From assembly GCA_964106645.2 (NCBI GenBank), contig OZ067039.1: a stretch of DNA of 64,000 nt. One strand, 5' to 3'. The position numbers and the translations under genes are program-made. The stretch's first letter is position 1, and the number at the start of each line of letters is the position of its first letter. The notes below the pieces were generated by a model. It did no database searches and was not told where the DNA came from. It saw only the letters and a list, made by a program, of their open reading frames with translations. Below, one piece after another: positions 35,715 through 48,372 of this stretch. Origin of the DNA: Podarcis pityusensis (taxonomy: Eukaryota).

Positions 35715-37320
35715 CCTTATTTTTTTCTTTATTTGTCAATTATTTTTATTGCTTTTCCATCATTTTTAACAAATTGCCACCAAATTAATGCAAATTCAAT
35801 ACAAATTTAAAAGCTGACTTCCCACCCACCCCAAATGCCCCTTCTATTTTCCTCCCTCCCTTGTTGCTCCCAAAAAAAAAAACTTTTCCAGCTATCATTT
35901 CAAAATACATTTGTCCCTTCTCCCTACACATTACCTGTTCAATTACCAATTTCTGCTATGGCTTTTATACATTGTTATAACCTGTCCTCAAAACAGTTGA
36001 GTAGAGTAAATCCTCTTTTATCTATAATAGTCGTTCATCAATTTTCAAACATTTCCTTGAGTTATACTTTGCCTAAGAAAAACAGATCTTGCTTCCTCCC
36101 AGACAACATACACACATTCCTCCCTAACATTGCCTTGAGCATTGCTGTCTGACATCTGGCCCCTGTAATCAACAACTCAGCCACACTGGTGCATGCAGAG
36201 GGTGAAAATGAAACCCCTAGAATTTCTTGTAAAAATATATAATATACCCCCAAAAAACACTACCAATCTCCCACCCTTCAGATTTTGCCAAATTTAACCC
36301 TCAATTTTACATACAACCATCTTATGAATAAATAAACACAATCCATATCTATTATTTTCTGTCTGAAAGTGTCAGAAGCCTTCAAGATTGTGTGCACTGT
36401 GGTCCATCCCGTCCCTTTCACTGTTCTTATTTCCAACTTCAGGGGGGTAGGCTGATGTAATCTCAACAAAATCCATATCTCCTCTCCTTCCTCCCCCCTA
36501 AACTATTAAATATTCCTGCAGTCCATTTTGCCAATCCTCAGTTCCATTACATCCAGCTCCACAGACTATTCTCTTCCGAGTGCTTAACACACAGTCAATC
36601 CAGTACTTACCAATCTTTTCTTCTTTACTATTTTTATTTTACAATACAAAGTTCCAAGGGGTGGTCAAAATCCCTCAAAAGTCCCTCAAGCTCGTTACTC
36701 TCCATCTTCTTTCAGGCAAAGTCCTTAGTTATAAAATAAATCCATTGTGAAGAGGTATCTTTAAAGTTTGCTCTGCCTGAAAACTTTGCATTCCATTTCT
36801 CAGGGGAGGGTAGATAACACAGATCCCGGGGGAAAACATGACTTAAAATATTGCTTCCCCTCCGCTCCTTCTACCATTCAAGCAAAGCAGAAATTAGCAT
36901 CTTTCATTCTTTCCAAACCTTTCCACACATATGATTTTCTCCTTCAGCATAAATCAGGATCTTTTCAGGGGGTGCCTTTCCACTTGTGAATTATGACCAG
37001 ATTCAAAGGTATTCCACAGCTTACCAAGGGCTGTCCTTGGACAGAGCCATTGAGCCCAGCGCCCCACTCACAAACCAAAAAAAGGCATTAATGGATGACC
37101 ATGGGTTGTGCCCTTTCAATACCCTCCAAAGGTATGGGGAGACATGCCCCTTACCGCCCATTAATCTCCATCTGGAACCCCTCTTGGGCACCGAAGCATC
37201 CAAGAGGATGACTTGCCAGGTTTGCTGCAAAACAGGAAGTTTTATTTTTGAGGCTGTTCCTATGTATATTTGTATTTCAATAAAGGCCTAGCTTTCTACT
37301 TGGAGACTGCATCCTTTTCT
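35715..37320 (-). mobile_element. Degenerate LINE (probably L1-like) 3' fragment
   Basis: T-rich end with TTTATT, GACTTCCCACCC 3'UTR-like block, A-rich minus strand; no intact ORF. Confidence 0.4.
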
Positions 37321-37427
37321 TTTTGGGTTTCTGGGAGGGATACCTCCAGTCTTTTAAATTTCTCCAGCAAAAACATAGCATGCTCAGTCTCTCTCCTTGT
37401 AGCCACCATTCTGATCCTACCCATATG

Positions 37428-38589
37428 TATGTGAAGAGAACCACCTGTCTTGTCAAAGGCATGGAAGTTCTTTTTCTGCGATTCAAAAACAGCAGAAGAC
37501 ACACAAGTGGTTGAGAAGTCTTAGGATTTATTAGACGGCAGGCAGATTATACATAAGAATATACCATACCAAGCTAGCAACACCTCTGTACAGCTGCTGG
37601 GAGCTCCAAAAATACAGCAGCGGGGTGGACCCCTCTGTGGCCACCAAGTGACAAGGCCTGCAGGTCTGTGCCCTTGTGTCTGAACCCGGGGGGCTTTTAT
37701 AGGCTTAATTGCCTGTTGCACAATGTGAAATTTGACTATATTGCCTACATCTGGGGTGGACCATGTGATTGGGGCTAGAGCTGCTGAAGGGAGAGGGAAG
37801 GGTTAACCCCTCCATATACTGGGGCCCCAGCTAACAGCTATTCCAGTTATGCCAGTTGCTTCAGCTATTTAGGCCAGCTATGCTCCAGTTATGGCTGCAC
37901 AGTTGCTTCAGCTATGTTTAGGCCAGCTATGTAGGCCAGCAGTGGTTTCCTGCCTGGCTTCCTGCTTCAGATATCCCAAGGTACGCAAACATATAGAATG
38001 CAAGCAAGCAATATATATAAAGGGGGGAAGGGGGCTTAGCTAACCTAATAAGGTAATGAATTGTATCTCTGTCTGCTGATTGGGGAGCAATTGAGGAAAC
38101 AAGCTTGCAACTGGGTATAAGAATACTTGTAAGACACGATAGAGGGGCTGCCAGTTTTTGGAAGCTATTCCGCTGGCTGCCTCTGCGCAGACTTTGCAAT
38201 AAACCTTTTTCTCTGTGAAACCACCCCCTGGTGTTCCTTGACTCCTTCACACTCCCGGCGAGGGTACGAGGTGACTGGATCCGGACCCCTGGGATCAGAT
38301 ATCCCAACACTGCCAACAATAAGCCTCCAAGGTCATTGATCATAGGATCCTTCTCATGTAGTTGTTGTCTCTTGCAGGTGTTTAGGCTGGGTTCCTCCCA
38401 AGATGGTACAGCCATACACTATCTCTTGTAAAATCGTAGGTTGGCAAGTAAACAAGGTACACGAGTTTGCAAAATTAAGCTCTTTAACAAAAAACATAAG
38501 CTAACCGCTGCCCAAAAGAGCAGTGAAGGCCTTATATGGGTGGCATGGAGGACCAATTGTGACAGGCCACTAGGCCTCCTCGATATACA
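37428..38589 (-). mobile_element. Older solo LTR interrupted by the LTR above (ends tentative)
   Basis: Minus-strand order CCAAT (37772-37768), TATAAAA (37701-37695), AATAAA (37532-37527), then a GT-rich U5-like tract; possible TSD ATATG at 37423-37427 and 38590-38594. Confidence 0.55.
37785..38309 (+). mobile_element. Solo LTR (525 bp; ERV1- or gypsy-like)
   Basis: TG...CA ends; 4-bp TSD CTGC (37781-37784, 38310-38313); U3 tandem repeats; ATTGG 38079, TATAAG 38116, AATAAA 38198. Confidence 0.85.
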
Positions 38590-39879
38590 ATATGTCTTCC
38601 AGTGTGTTTCCCACACACCACCAAAACTCCAAAACATGGTTAGAAAACAACCCAGAATTTGGGTTGTTGTGACATTAACCCAGGCTCTTGATTTGTTTCC
38701 ATCAAATCATGTGTAGTAAACCCAAAACCAACTTTTGCTTCGGCTTGTAGGCTGTAGAGAAACAAACCAGAAGCCTGACTTATTGTTTCACAATAATCCA
38801 GACTTTGACTTTGTTCTTCTCCCACCTGACATATGAGTGGGGAAGCAGCAAAGCAAATGCCCACATTAAACCATAGTTTATTTTAAACTGTGGTTTAATG
38901 TTGTGTCCAGGAAAAGGCCAGGTGTGGATTCCATCCTGCATTACTGTTTGCAATAATTGAACTGGAGATGGCAATGGTTCTAAATTAAAATGACATTTAG
39001 ACTTGTGGATGTGGTAGCATGGCAACAATTTTAAGTCAACAGGGCAGCGAAGAAACTGATCAAACATTTCTAAAACAAACTCATTGGTATTGACCCAAAT
39101 CTGCACACGATTAGTTGCTCAGAATGCATCCAAAATGAAGAACCATAATATTTAAATTAATAGTAATGTGAGTACATTAAATGGGAAATAGAACAATATT
39201 AGAGATACATCTCCAACCCGTTCGTTGCATTTTCCGTAGGAAGATGATATTACAGCAGAGAAATCATTTGGCTTCACAGCTTTGAGAGACAAGCTAATAA
39301 TTATTATTACTTACTACTTAGAAATCTGAGGGGAGCCAATAATGCTTAAATAGGATAATCAGAGTTTATAGCACTAATTGACATAAAAAAACCATCTCTA
39401 GACATATTCATTACAGAAAGTGTGGTTCAATTATCTAGGACTGTGGCAATTTATGTTTTGGCTAATTAAGCTTTCTCCATGAGAATTCGACTCCAGCTTT
39501 CTTGGGAAGGTAGTCTAGAAATTACCTCTGAGGACTAAAGTAGATATAATGCCAGCAGTTCCATGTGCTGGATCTGTCCCAGTCACTTAGAAAGCAGGGG
39601 GTGTCAAGGAAAGGGTACCCACAGATGAGGCGTGCAGAACCTGCTTACTGCCATGCAGCCTCTCTCTCAGCTAAGCCCTCTTCTGTTTCTGGAAATTGAG
39701 GATAAGATGTTCTGCATTCCTCATCTGCATACTCCTTTTTTGCTGTCACATAATTGGCATTACTTTCTGTGGTGTAATAATCATCAAGATCAAGTGCTTC
39801 ATAAATAAATGGTTTTATTTTTGTCTGGAAGCTTGCAAGTTGCCAGACATTGGCAAACTACATAAGGGTGCTACTGCTG

Positions 39880-39927
<48 letters not shown>
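39880..39927. repeat. (ATT)16 microsatellite
   Basis: Read directly. Confidence 0.97.
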
Positions 39928-39928
<1 letters not shown>

Positions 39929-40215
39929 CCTGTACATTTGACTGGGTTGCTGGGTTGCCCCAGTTATTATTGTACCCTGTACATCATATATGCCTGGGAT
40001 ATATGATGTAGGGCTCATCTCATTAGTACTGTAAGGTCTTGTGGCAAGACAGTATAAAATGTAGCCACAGTACCTTTCAGCAGGAGTCTTACCACCCTAC
40101 ATTTCTGGAGTCTAGACATCAACTGACACTAATAGACCAGCTTAAAATAATTATAAAGTTTATTTTACAAAAGAAAAGCAGCATATGCAAATATGTTGGT
40201 TCTTACACATAATTA

Positions 40216-40461
40216 CAGTCATACCTCATGTTACTTTTGCTTCAGGTTGAGCGTTTTCAGGTTGCGTCTCGTGGTGACCCGGAAGTACCAGAAAGGGTTA
40301 CTTCCAGGTTTCGCCGCTCGCGCATGCGCAGACGTGCAAAATGACATCATGCACATGTGCAGAAGCAGTGAATCGCGACACGCGCAGACATGGGTTGCGT
40401 TCTGCTCATGTTGCGCATGGGCCTCCAGAACGGATCCCGTTCGCAACCAAAGGTACCACTG
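40216..40461. mobile_element. MITE family C
   Basis: TA-CAGTCATACCTC...AAAGGTACCACTG-TA; homologous to 4896-5139. Confidence 0.85.
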
Positions 40462-41267
40462 TATATCTTAGCTTGCTAGAAAGGGTCAACCCCAACAGTA
40501 CCTCAAAGTTTCCAGATAGTCTGGGTCCAGCTCTAACACCATCTTCAGTTCTTCCTTCTCCCCCCAAAGTGGCTTGCTGGTCCATTTAGAACCACAGCTT
40601 ATTATCTACAGTACTTTGACCCTGCCTGTCTCCAGTAGGGGGAAGTCATCCCTAACAAGAATGTAATCCATCCCACCGGGCAAATACCTCTTCACACTGC
40701 ACATACTTAAACTACGATATTCACAATCACAAGATATGTGATGGTCACCAACTTGGGTGGCTTAAAAAAGCAATTAGCATTTCCCCCCTGGATTACTCTA
40801 TCCGTGGCTATTAGTCACAAATTGTATGTTTTCTAACTGCTTACCAGTTGATAGGGATAACAGGTTAGAGAGTTTGGTTTCACATGTCCTGCTTGTGGTC
40901 TACTTTCATAGGCATCTGGTTGGCCGTGGTGAAAACAGAATGTTGGACACAGTAGGCTTTTCAATGTATTCTAATAGCATTTTCTTCATAGTTACATTTT
41001 ACTTTTTCCTAGTTACCTATTTCACTGTAAAATGGATACTTCAAATATCGGAGGGGGGCGTGTGTGTAGAAAATAAATGTAAAATGGATCTTTAGATTTT
41101 AATCATTGTGTATAACTCAATTTGAACAGTAGTAGAATAAGCTACTAGTTTACATTAATATGTAACCCTGAAATTTTTGATCCCCCCCAGATTGATAGCA
41201 AAGTTTTGTGCTTGTTTTGTGCCATTACAAATTCGGGGTAACTTGTTAACAAAGCTTAGTTGTAGTA

Positions 41268-41509
41268 CAGTGGTACATTGGGTTACAAACACCTCGGGTT
41301 ACAAACACTTTGGGTTACAGACTCTGTTAACCCGGAAGTAGTACCTCGGGTTAAGAACTTTGCCCCAGGATGAGAACATAAATTGCATGCTGGTGGCGCA
41401 GCAGCAGTAGGAGGCCCAATTAGCTAAAGTGGTGCTTCAGGTTAAGAATGGTTTCAGGTTAAGAACAGACCTCCGGAATGAATTAAGTCCGTAACCAGAG
41501 GTACCACTG
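41268..41509. mobile_element. MITE family A
   Basis: TA-CAGTGGTAC...GAGGTACCACTG-TA; internal GGTTAC/GGTTAAG repeats. Confidence 0.87.
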
Positions 41510-42009
41510 TATTGGAGATCACTTACATTTTACCCAGCAGATGGCAGCAACAGTCTAACAACATCACTGTGTTCTCTACTGTGCTACTTTTAACAAAAAA
41601 AAAACCCACATCATCTAAATTGTGATGTGTGGCTCAAATCTTGCCAGCTACTGAGGCTTATGCCAACAGACTTTCCTAGCATCATTCTTATACCCCATAC
41701 TTTAACAGCTATTCTCCATGCCATGGAAGAAAGTGCTTGTGAAAGGTTCTCTCAGTTTGCAAGTGAGTTTACTATTGTGTACCGGTGGCTACTGCTTAAG
41801 GAAAAAATGTTTTAACAGGCCCATGCCCCTCCAGCTCATGGAACTAGTGCCATGGTTCTTTGGGTCCTGGCATGTGTGATTTAAGGCCACAGCTTATGAA
41901 GTCTTCATAGACTTTTGCTCTTCACCTTCTGGTTCAGGTATAGGCTGTGCTTCAAAGTGCCCTTTAAGGTATTTAATTACTGTTTTTATACCCTACTTTT
42001 CTATAAATG

Positions 42010-42827
42010 CTACACCCTGGAGCTGAGAATAAGGAAGCAGGCAAGGAGATGGCTTGAGCACAAGTGGAGGAAAAACTTGCAGTGAATGCAATCGGACATT
42101 GCTATGTGCTGATGTTCAAGCCTATGCAATGGCAATGGAGGCCACTGTGTCCTTAGTTTGCTGTAAAGCAGACTTGTCCCAGGTAGCCAGTGGCTTATTA
42201 CATGCTGGTCCTAGAGAGGGAATAGACCGATACAGTGGTACCTCGGGTTACATATGCTTCAGGTTACATACGCTTCAGGTTACAGACTCGGCTAACCCAG
42301 AAATAGTACCTCGGGTTAAGAACTTTGCTTCAGGATGAGAATGAGAACAGAAATCGTGCGGCGGCGGCAGCGGGAGGCGCCATTAGCTAAAGTAGTGCTT
42401 CAGGTTAAGAACAGTTTCAGGTTAAGAACGGACCTCCGGAAGGAATTAAGTACTTAACCCGAGGTACCACTGTATAAGGCCCCTGTGACACATTTGCAAG
42501 GCACGTATCTACCAGGATTTGGACTCTACTCTTGAAGCAGGTGATTGTGTTCAGGTGTCCAGAATATCTTAATTGTCCAGGCCCTATCAGAAAAGGTACA
42601 TTCTTAGCTAAAACAATTCAAAACGCTGGATTTAACCTATAAAAACTTTTACAGCTCAGGAGCCCAATATATTTTGGATCGTCTCTCCCAATATGAACCT
42701 ACCTGGACCCTTGGGTCTTCATCAAGTTCTTCTCAGGGTGTTTTCTCTGAGGTTTGGAGTGTGGCAATAAGAGAGAGAGCATTTTCCATTGTGGCTCCCC
42801 ATCTGTGGTATTCTCTCTCCAATGAGG
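42010..42827 (+). mobile_element. Internally deleted L2 fragment hosting two DNA-element insertions
   Basis: Similar to 3660-3990; 3' part reads ERAFSIVAPHLWYSL (L2 C-terminus). Confidence 0.7.
42233..42472. mobile_element. MITE family A
   Basis: TA-CAGTGGTACCTCGGGTTA...TAACCCGAGGTACCACTG-TA. Confidence 0.9.
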
Positions 42828-43170
42828 CAGACCCTCCAAGTGTCCCTATTTTTCAGGGACATCCCTGATTTAGAGAAGCCGTCCCGGTTTCTGATTTGAT
42901 CCTGGAATGTCCCGCGTTTCCTTAAAATGTCCCAATTGTCATTGGAGAAATGTTGGAGGGTATGGAGTTATCCAACCCCCAAGATGTCTGAAGGCAATCC
43001 TGTATAGGGAAGTTGTTTTAAATGCTTATTGTTTTATTATGCTTTTGTATATGTTGTAAACTGCTTAGACTGCTGGGGCAACCCAATAAGATGTGTGGGG
43101 TATAAATAGTCAAATTATCATTATAGAATGAGATGTCTCTATTTTCATTGGAGAAATGTTGGAGAGTACG
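42828..43170. mobile_element. Non-autonomous TIR element with apparent 6-bp TSD
   Basis: Ends CAGACCCTCCAA / TTGGAGAGTACG; ATGAGG at 42822-42827 and 43171-43176; internal TGTCCC repeats; right end duplicated near 42925-42963. Confidence 0.65.
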
Positions 43171-44130
43171 ATGAGGTCCACATTATCTGGAGTAGATGGA
43201 ATAACAGGGCTTCACCAAGACCACAAACAATATAAGGCAAGGGTGTGGTCTCAGCCCCAAGCTGTTAAATTAGCTGGTTGATTGCACATTCCCTAATGCA
43301 ACCAAACACTAATTGTAGGGAAGGTGAGTTAAGTTAAATTCCCTCACAGATTCCACTCAAATAAATTCCAGTTCAACTGAATTATTCCCCAAATACTCCC
43401 CCCCACAGATGTTCTCATCCCTCAAAAAAGCACTTTAAACAGTTTTGATATCCTCTTTTATAAGTTGGTGGGGCCTAGTATTTTAACAGATCTCTCTTGG
43501 TAGGCTTTGAACAGCATGTATATGATACTGTAATAAAAGCACTTTTAAAAATGTATGCTATTCATGGCATCACCAATGTGGTGGCCATGGGCACCATGGC
43601 AATCTCAGATACATCCTTGGCACCCACTAAGTTACCCTGCTCCACCCATTTAAATGTTTTAGGTTTTTGTTGTTATTTGCCTGTGGTTTTCTTTGTGGGT
43701 TTGTCTAGTTTTTAGCCTTTTTTGTGGGGGAGGTATGTAGGTTTTTTTGGGGGGAGGGGTTCTTGGAATCACCAGTTTTTCTTCAGTGGTCCCCATGGCA
43801 CTTTCTTAGATTTTTCAAACTGCACCGAGATCCAAAACAGTCGGGGAACCAGGCTGTGCTGCTACACTGAAAACTAAAAGGAAAGTGTTATAAATTAATC
43901 CAGAGGAGCACATTTAGGGTGTTTGTCATAAGTCTTAAAATCCGTATTTCTGGTCTATCTAATTAAAGAGCAAGACCTTGCCGTGAACTAAAGATGAAGA
44001 ATACTGCACAAAATATTTCCAATAGGAATACAATATGCATTGCTTTCTACTGGTAACTTTTTACATTACATCTGATACAGATAATTTATATTTTTTTAAA
44101 AAAATATATAGTTTGAAAATGTCTATTCAA

Positions 44131-45147
44131 TTTATTTGCATCTTAGTAACTTGTTATATTAATTTTGATTACTAAAAGTATCCTCAGTTTAGCTATAAAT
44201 GAATGTAAATATTACTGAAAACAGATGTCAGAAATCACAGAAAGTTTGTAAAGTGAGGTTATCTAGCTTTGCATATTAAGCAACAATATATTTAAAAAGT
44301 AGACAGTTCAGTGTAATTTATTCGAAATGCTTTGAGAACAGTGTAAGGCTATTATGCAAAAAAAGAGATTTAATTAATACATCAATTATTTTTAAGAAAT
44401 GAAGACATTACACAGTATCTCCAACATTTTGGCAAGTATTTGTCATTTCAGTAGTTCACATCCTAATATACTTTCTACTTCCTTTTATTTTGAAAAATAC
44501 TTCCACTTACTCTGGACTGGCTAATACTCAACTTCCAAAATGAAGCAATTAAAATAAATTACAAGCCTGAAATAGAAAACGATATTTAAAACCTATACAT
44601 ACAGAAATATGTTCTATAGAGTAAAATTGACCATAATTTTTGTTTGAAAAAATATAGGTATTAACCTGCTTTCTTATCGATTATCTCAGCACGATTCTTC
44701 TAACACAGCAGAACATATTTACAAATTAAAATTGACATCTTATTTACTCTTACAGTTTTTCTGTAAACATGTAAAATGTATGAAGTATGTATTTTGGCAA
44801 TATCAATGCTTCTGCAGTGCTGAGGTTAGACTCTACACCGTGCAGAAAATGGAAATAGTGGTATCAGAGACCATTTCAGTGCACTAGGTTGCAAATTTCA
44901 GGACCCTTCTTTAGAAAGGGTCAAATTCAGCATTACAGTACTGTTCAACCTTACATTTGAAATTAGAGTTTGATTCATAAATACAAATTTTATTGACATT
45001 TTACCTACTTTAAGGTTGCCAAGCTAGTCTAATGTAATTTTCAAACCAATAGGTTGAAAGAGTGGGTCAAACACTTTTTGAGGTGTGAGTTTCTAGAGAT
45101 GCAGTAATAGTGAATGCTGTGTGCAGATGTCTTTAGAAACAAATATG

Positions 45148-45192
<45 letters not shown>

Positions 45193-46414
45193 TAGCTGAC
45201 TCCTGAATAAGCAAAATTCCTTTGGTGGGTTGCATTAGAAAAATGATTGCAAACCATAGTTATAAAATTAGAGTCACCCCTTACTTTAATCATAATTAAG
45301 CCAGAACACACCCAAATAACATGGAGGTTAATTCTCTGAACAGAGCCAATGAGAAATCAATATTTTTATTAGCATGTGGTGTAGTCCCAGTCCTAACTTT
45401 CTGTAAGCCTGTTACAAAAGTCTGGGGAGCCCACCTGGGCTTTGTTCTCAATTCTGGCCTTGAGGATGACACTGAACAGGTCTTTTAATAGAAGTGTCTG
45501 TATCTGTGAATCACATAAGAGAGCAGGCAGTGGATACTGGGATGACAGAAGAAAGGCTTATTTTTGCAGACATCACAAAATGGCTATCCTGAGGGCAGTA
45601 TTACATTAGATGCAGCTAAAATGTTAATATTTTAGAAGCACCATTTTGCATACAAACTGCCTGGCTGTGCACATAGAAAGGACTACATAAAACAAAACAC
45701 AGCAATTTAAACAAAGTATTTTGATGTTTCAGCTTTTTTTACTCTTTTAATGCTTTATTCTAAATGGGACAGTAGGTAAACTACCATCCAATTATCAGAA
45801 AAGACCATCATATAAACTGGAATTTTCATCTGAAGATTCAGTACTGGCACACAACTTACTTTCAAATGACCTTTTAGCTTGCATCTGTGTACTGAGAAAA
45901 TACATATTCTGCACTGGCCATAACTGTTAAATTAAGATGATGAAAGTCACCAATCAATGAGACTCTTAGTTTTAGTATTTCAAGCTTTTTTGAAACCTAC
46001 ACACATCATTCACAAACAATTTCTGGATGTAATAGCTTTAAAATGCTTTGTTCATGTCCTTCTGTGTGGTTGCCTTGTGAGAGGTCAAAATAGGGCACTT
46101 TATAAAACAGAGATTCTTGGTATGTAATATGCATAAAAACAGTAGCTTAGAGGCCATATCTACCAGCAAGACATTGGAAATAATTGGTCAAGTAACCTCT
46201 CTCAGCCACAGAGACGTTTACAGAATTATCACAGGATTATAGTTGCCATATCAAATTACACACACCAGCAGTTACAGTACTATGGTTGAAAGGTACAAAT
46301 ATAATAGAGACTGAGTTGATATTGTGACAAAATTATTAAAAAGTGCTTCTTGTTCCATATGTGGAATGCAAATACTGTACAGGTAAGACACAGAAGACCA
46401 CTATGCGGTTGTTG
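44131..46414 (-). other. ARHGEF3: ARHGEF3 3'UTR (AU-rich) with several candidate AATAAA signals
   Basis: Repeat-poor AT-rich stretch after the stop; AATAAA (minus strand) at 45754-45759, 45365-45370, 44989-44994, 44484-44489, 44317-44322, 44131-44136; true end unknown. Confidence 0.6.
45151..45188. repeat. (TG)19 microsatellite in the probable ARHGEF3 3'UTR
   Basis: Read directly. Confidence 0.97.
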
Positions 46415-46776
46415 TCAGACATTGCTTTCTATCTCTTTGTCAGTCTGCCAAGGGTATGTCTGCTCCATGTGGTCACAGTCAATGCTGATTTCACTGATGT
46501 CCATGCTACAGTCAGACCCACTGTCTGATTGGTCCATTTGCTCAAGCTTAGATTCCTGCCGGGCTATTCTGTTCCTACTTGATGATGTACTCGATGATGT
46601 TAGTAAGGGGTCTTCAGAATCAAGTGTCCGGACTTCGCTTGATGCGCAAGAGACTGATTCTTTGGCTTGACGGATACAGTTGAGCCACTGCTGTTTGTTG
46701 AAGGTGTCATTTGCTTGCAGTGAGTGAGACTGGCTTTGAGATCCCTTTCTGAAGCTGACTCTAAAGAAGTTTTTAA
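46415..46776 (-). CDS. ARHGEF3: ARHGEF3 last coding exon (IKNFFRVSF...LQANDTFNKQQWLNCIRQAKE...IESNV*)
   Basis: TTTCAG acceptor; 362 nt to TGA at 46417-46415; ends ESNV like recalled human ARHGEF3. Confidence 0.96.
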
Positions 46777-47005
46777 CTGAAATAAATGAGCCACATTAGT
46801 ATATTCAATGCTTCCTGGAAGAGGACATTGTGTGTGTGTGTGTTGGGGGTTAATAGACATACTTCTACATTAATGATATACCAGAAGAGCGTACAACTTG
46901 GATCCCACTAAGAGAAATGCAGCCCACCATCCATGTATGAAGTCTCCCACATGATTCCTTCCACACAGTTTAGAAATTCCATGGAAGCAGAAGCAAAAGG
47001 AAATA

Positions 47006-47254
47006 CAGTCATACCTCATGCCGCGTTAGGTTCATGTTGCGTATTTTTGGCTTGCGAACGCAGCAAACCCAGAAGTGTATATTTCCAGGTTTTGCAGCAC
47101 GTGCGTGGGCAGAAGCATTTTGTGTGGTTCGCATATGCGCAGAAGCGCTCTATCACGCCACGCGCATGCACAGAAGCGGCGATCTAGTTACAGACTTTTC
47201 AGGGTGTGAACGGCACCCCAGAAGGGATAGAGTCCATAACTAGCGGTATCACTG
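47006..47254. mobile_element. MITE family C
   Basis: TA-CAGTCATACCTC...GGTATCACTG-TA. Confidence 0.8.
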
Positions 47255-48185
47255 TAGTGTTTTAAGCCATGGGTGGACCACTATACAAGGTTTATAAACT
47301 GGGCAGTCCCGCTTGAGAGAAAACATGTTTTCTGCTTTCTTCAGCTTGTTTTACTACAGAATCGACCTCTTTCCCCACCATTTTATTTTATTCTAACGAA
47401 AGTCACACACAAAAATTCAGCAATGCTAACCATCTGTGGCAATCAGCAGCAGCCAGTCAGATGATGTAATGATTATAAGTACAAGCAACCATTTGTACTT
47501 ATATCACAAAGAGGGGAATGACATTTGTGAGAATCATGCCACTGGTCTTCATGGTATTTTGTCAGTATCTGGGAATATGCACAGTGCTGTCCTCGTTAAT
47601 TGAGTGCTGCTGGACAAGGTCATGGGGGCTGTCCTTTCTTCCAATAGTGATGGCAGCCATTTACTCTTGCAAAACTCTTTCACCAACTCTCACTGGTGAC
47701 GGATTTAGGGGAGTGCAACTGGTTTGTCCAAACTGGGCACTGAGCAGAGAGGGTGCCACAGAGGACACTTCAGCAATGACGAGCAACAAAAGGCAAGAGG
47801 TGGCAGTGGTGGGAGGTGCCAAATTCTGGTGTTGCACAGGGAGCTGCCAAAAATTTTAAAGCTCAAAGTCTGTCACCACTGGTGAGAACAGATTGGAGCA
47901 GTAGGTTCTTAGCATTATTATTTAAAACCAACTCCTGCAAGAGTATCCAACAGAAAACATGAAGGTATCTTTTATCTTTCCTGTCATGTTTTGCTTTTGT
48001 AAGCTGACATACTACTTTTTGAAAATCTTGTTTCTTCTTTTTTTAAAAGTGAAAAATTAGTTTACCTTTTTTATATGAATAAGACATGCTGGCTTATACT
48101 TCCAGAAAAGATATTGGAAGGGTAAGGTGGTGCATGACTAAATTTAAATATTTTATAAAAGAGATATAATATAATGGATTCTTAC

Positions 48186-48372
48186 TTCTTTCATTGTTGC
48201 TAAATGCACCACGTATGGATCCACCCAATCGCACCTCTCCATCTTGCAAGTCTTCTAGCACAAGATCCTTCACAGGGATGGGTTGCCGATACAATTGGTA
48301 ACAGAGTTGTTCATTCTGTGTAACAGCTCGAGTAATTACCAGTACTTCTTGGAAGAGAAACACATGCAATTT
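48186..48372 (-). CDS. ARHGEF3: ARHGEF3 exon (KLHVFLFQEVLVITRAV...GAFSNNER), PH domain
   Basis: 187 nt, AG/GT sites. Confidence 0.97.

Noticed and set aside
41268-42472. CRISPR-like regularly spaced GGTTAC/GGTTAAG repeats
   Set aside because: Internal sub-repeats of MITEs in vertebrate DNA; no constant repeat-spacer structure and no cas genes
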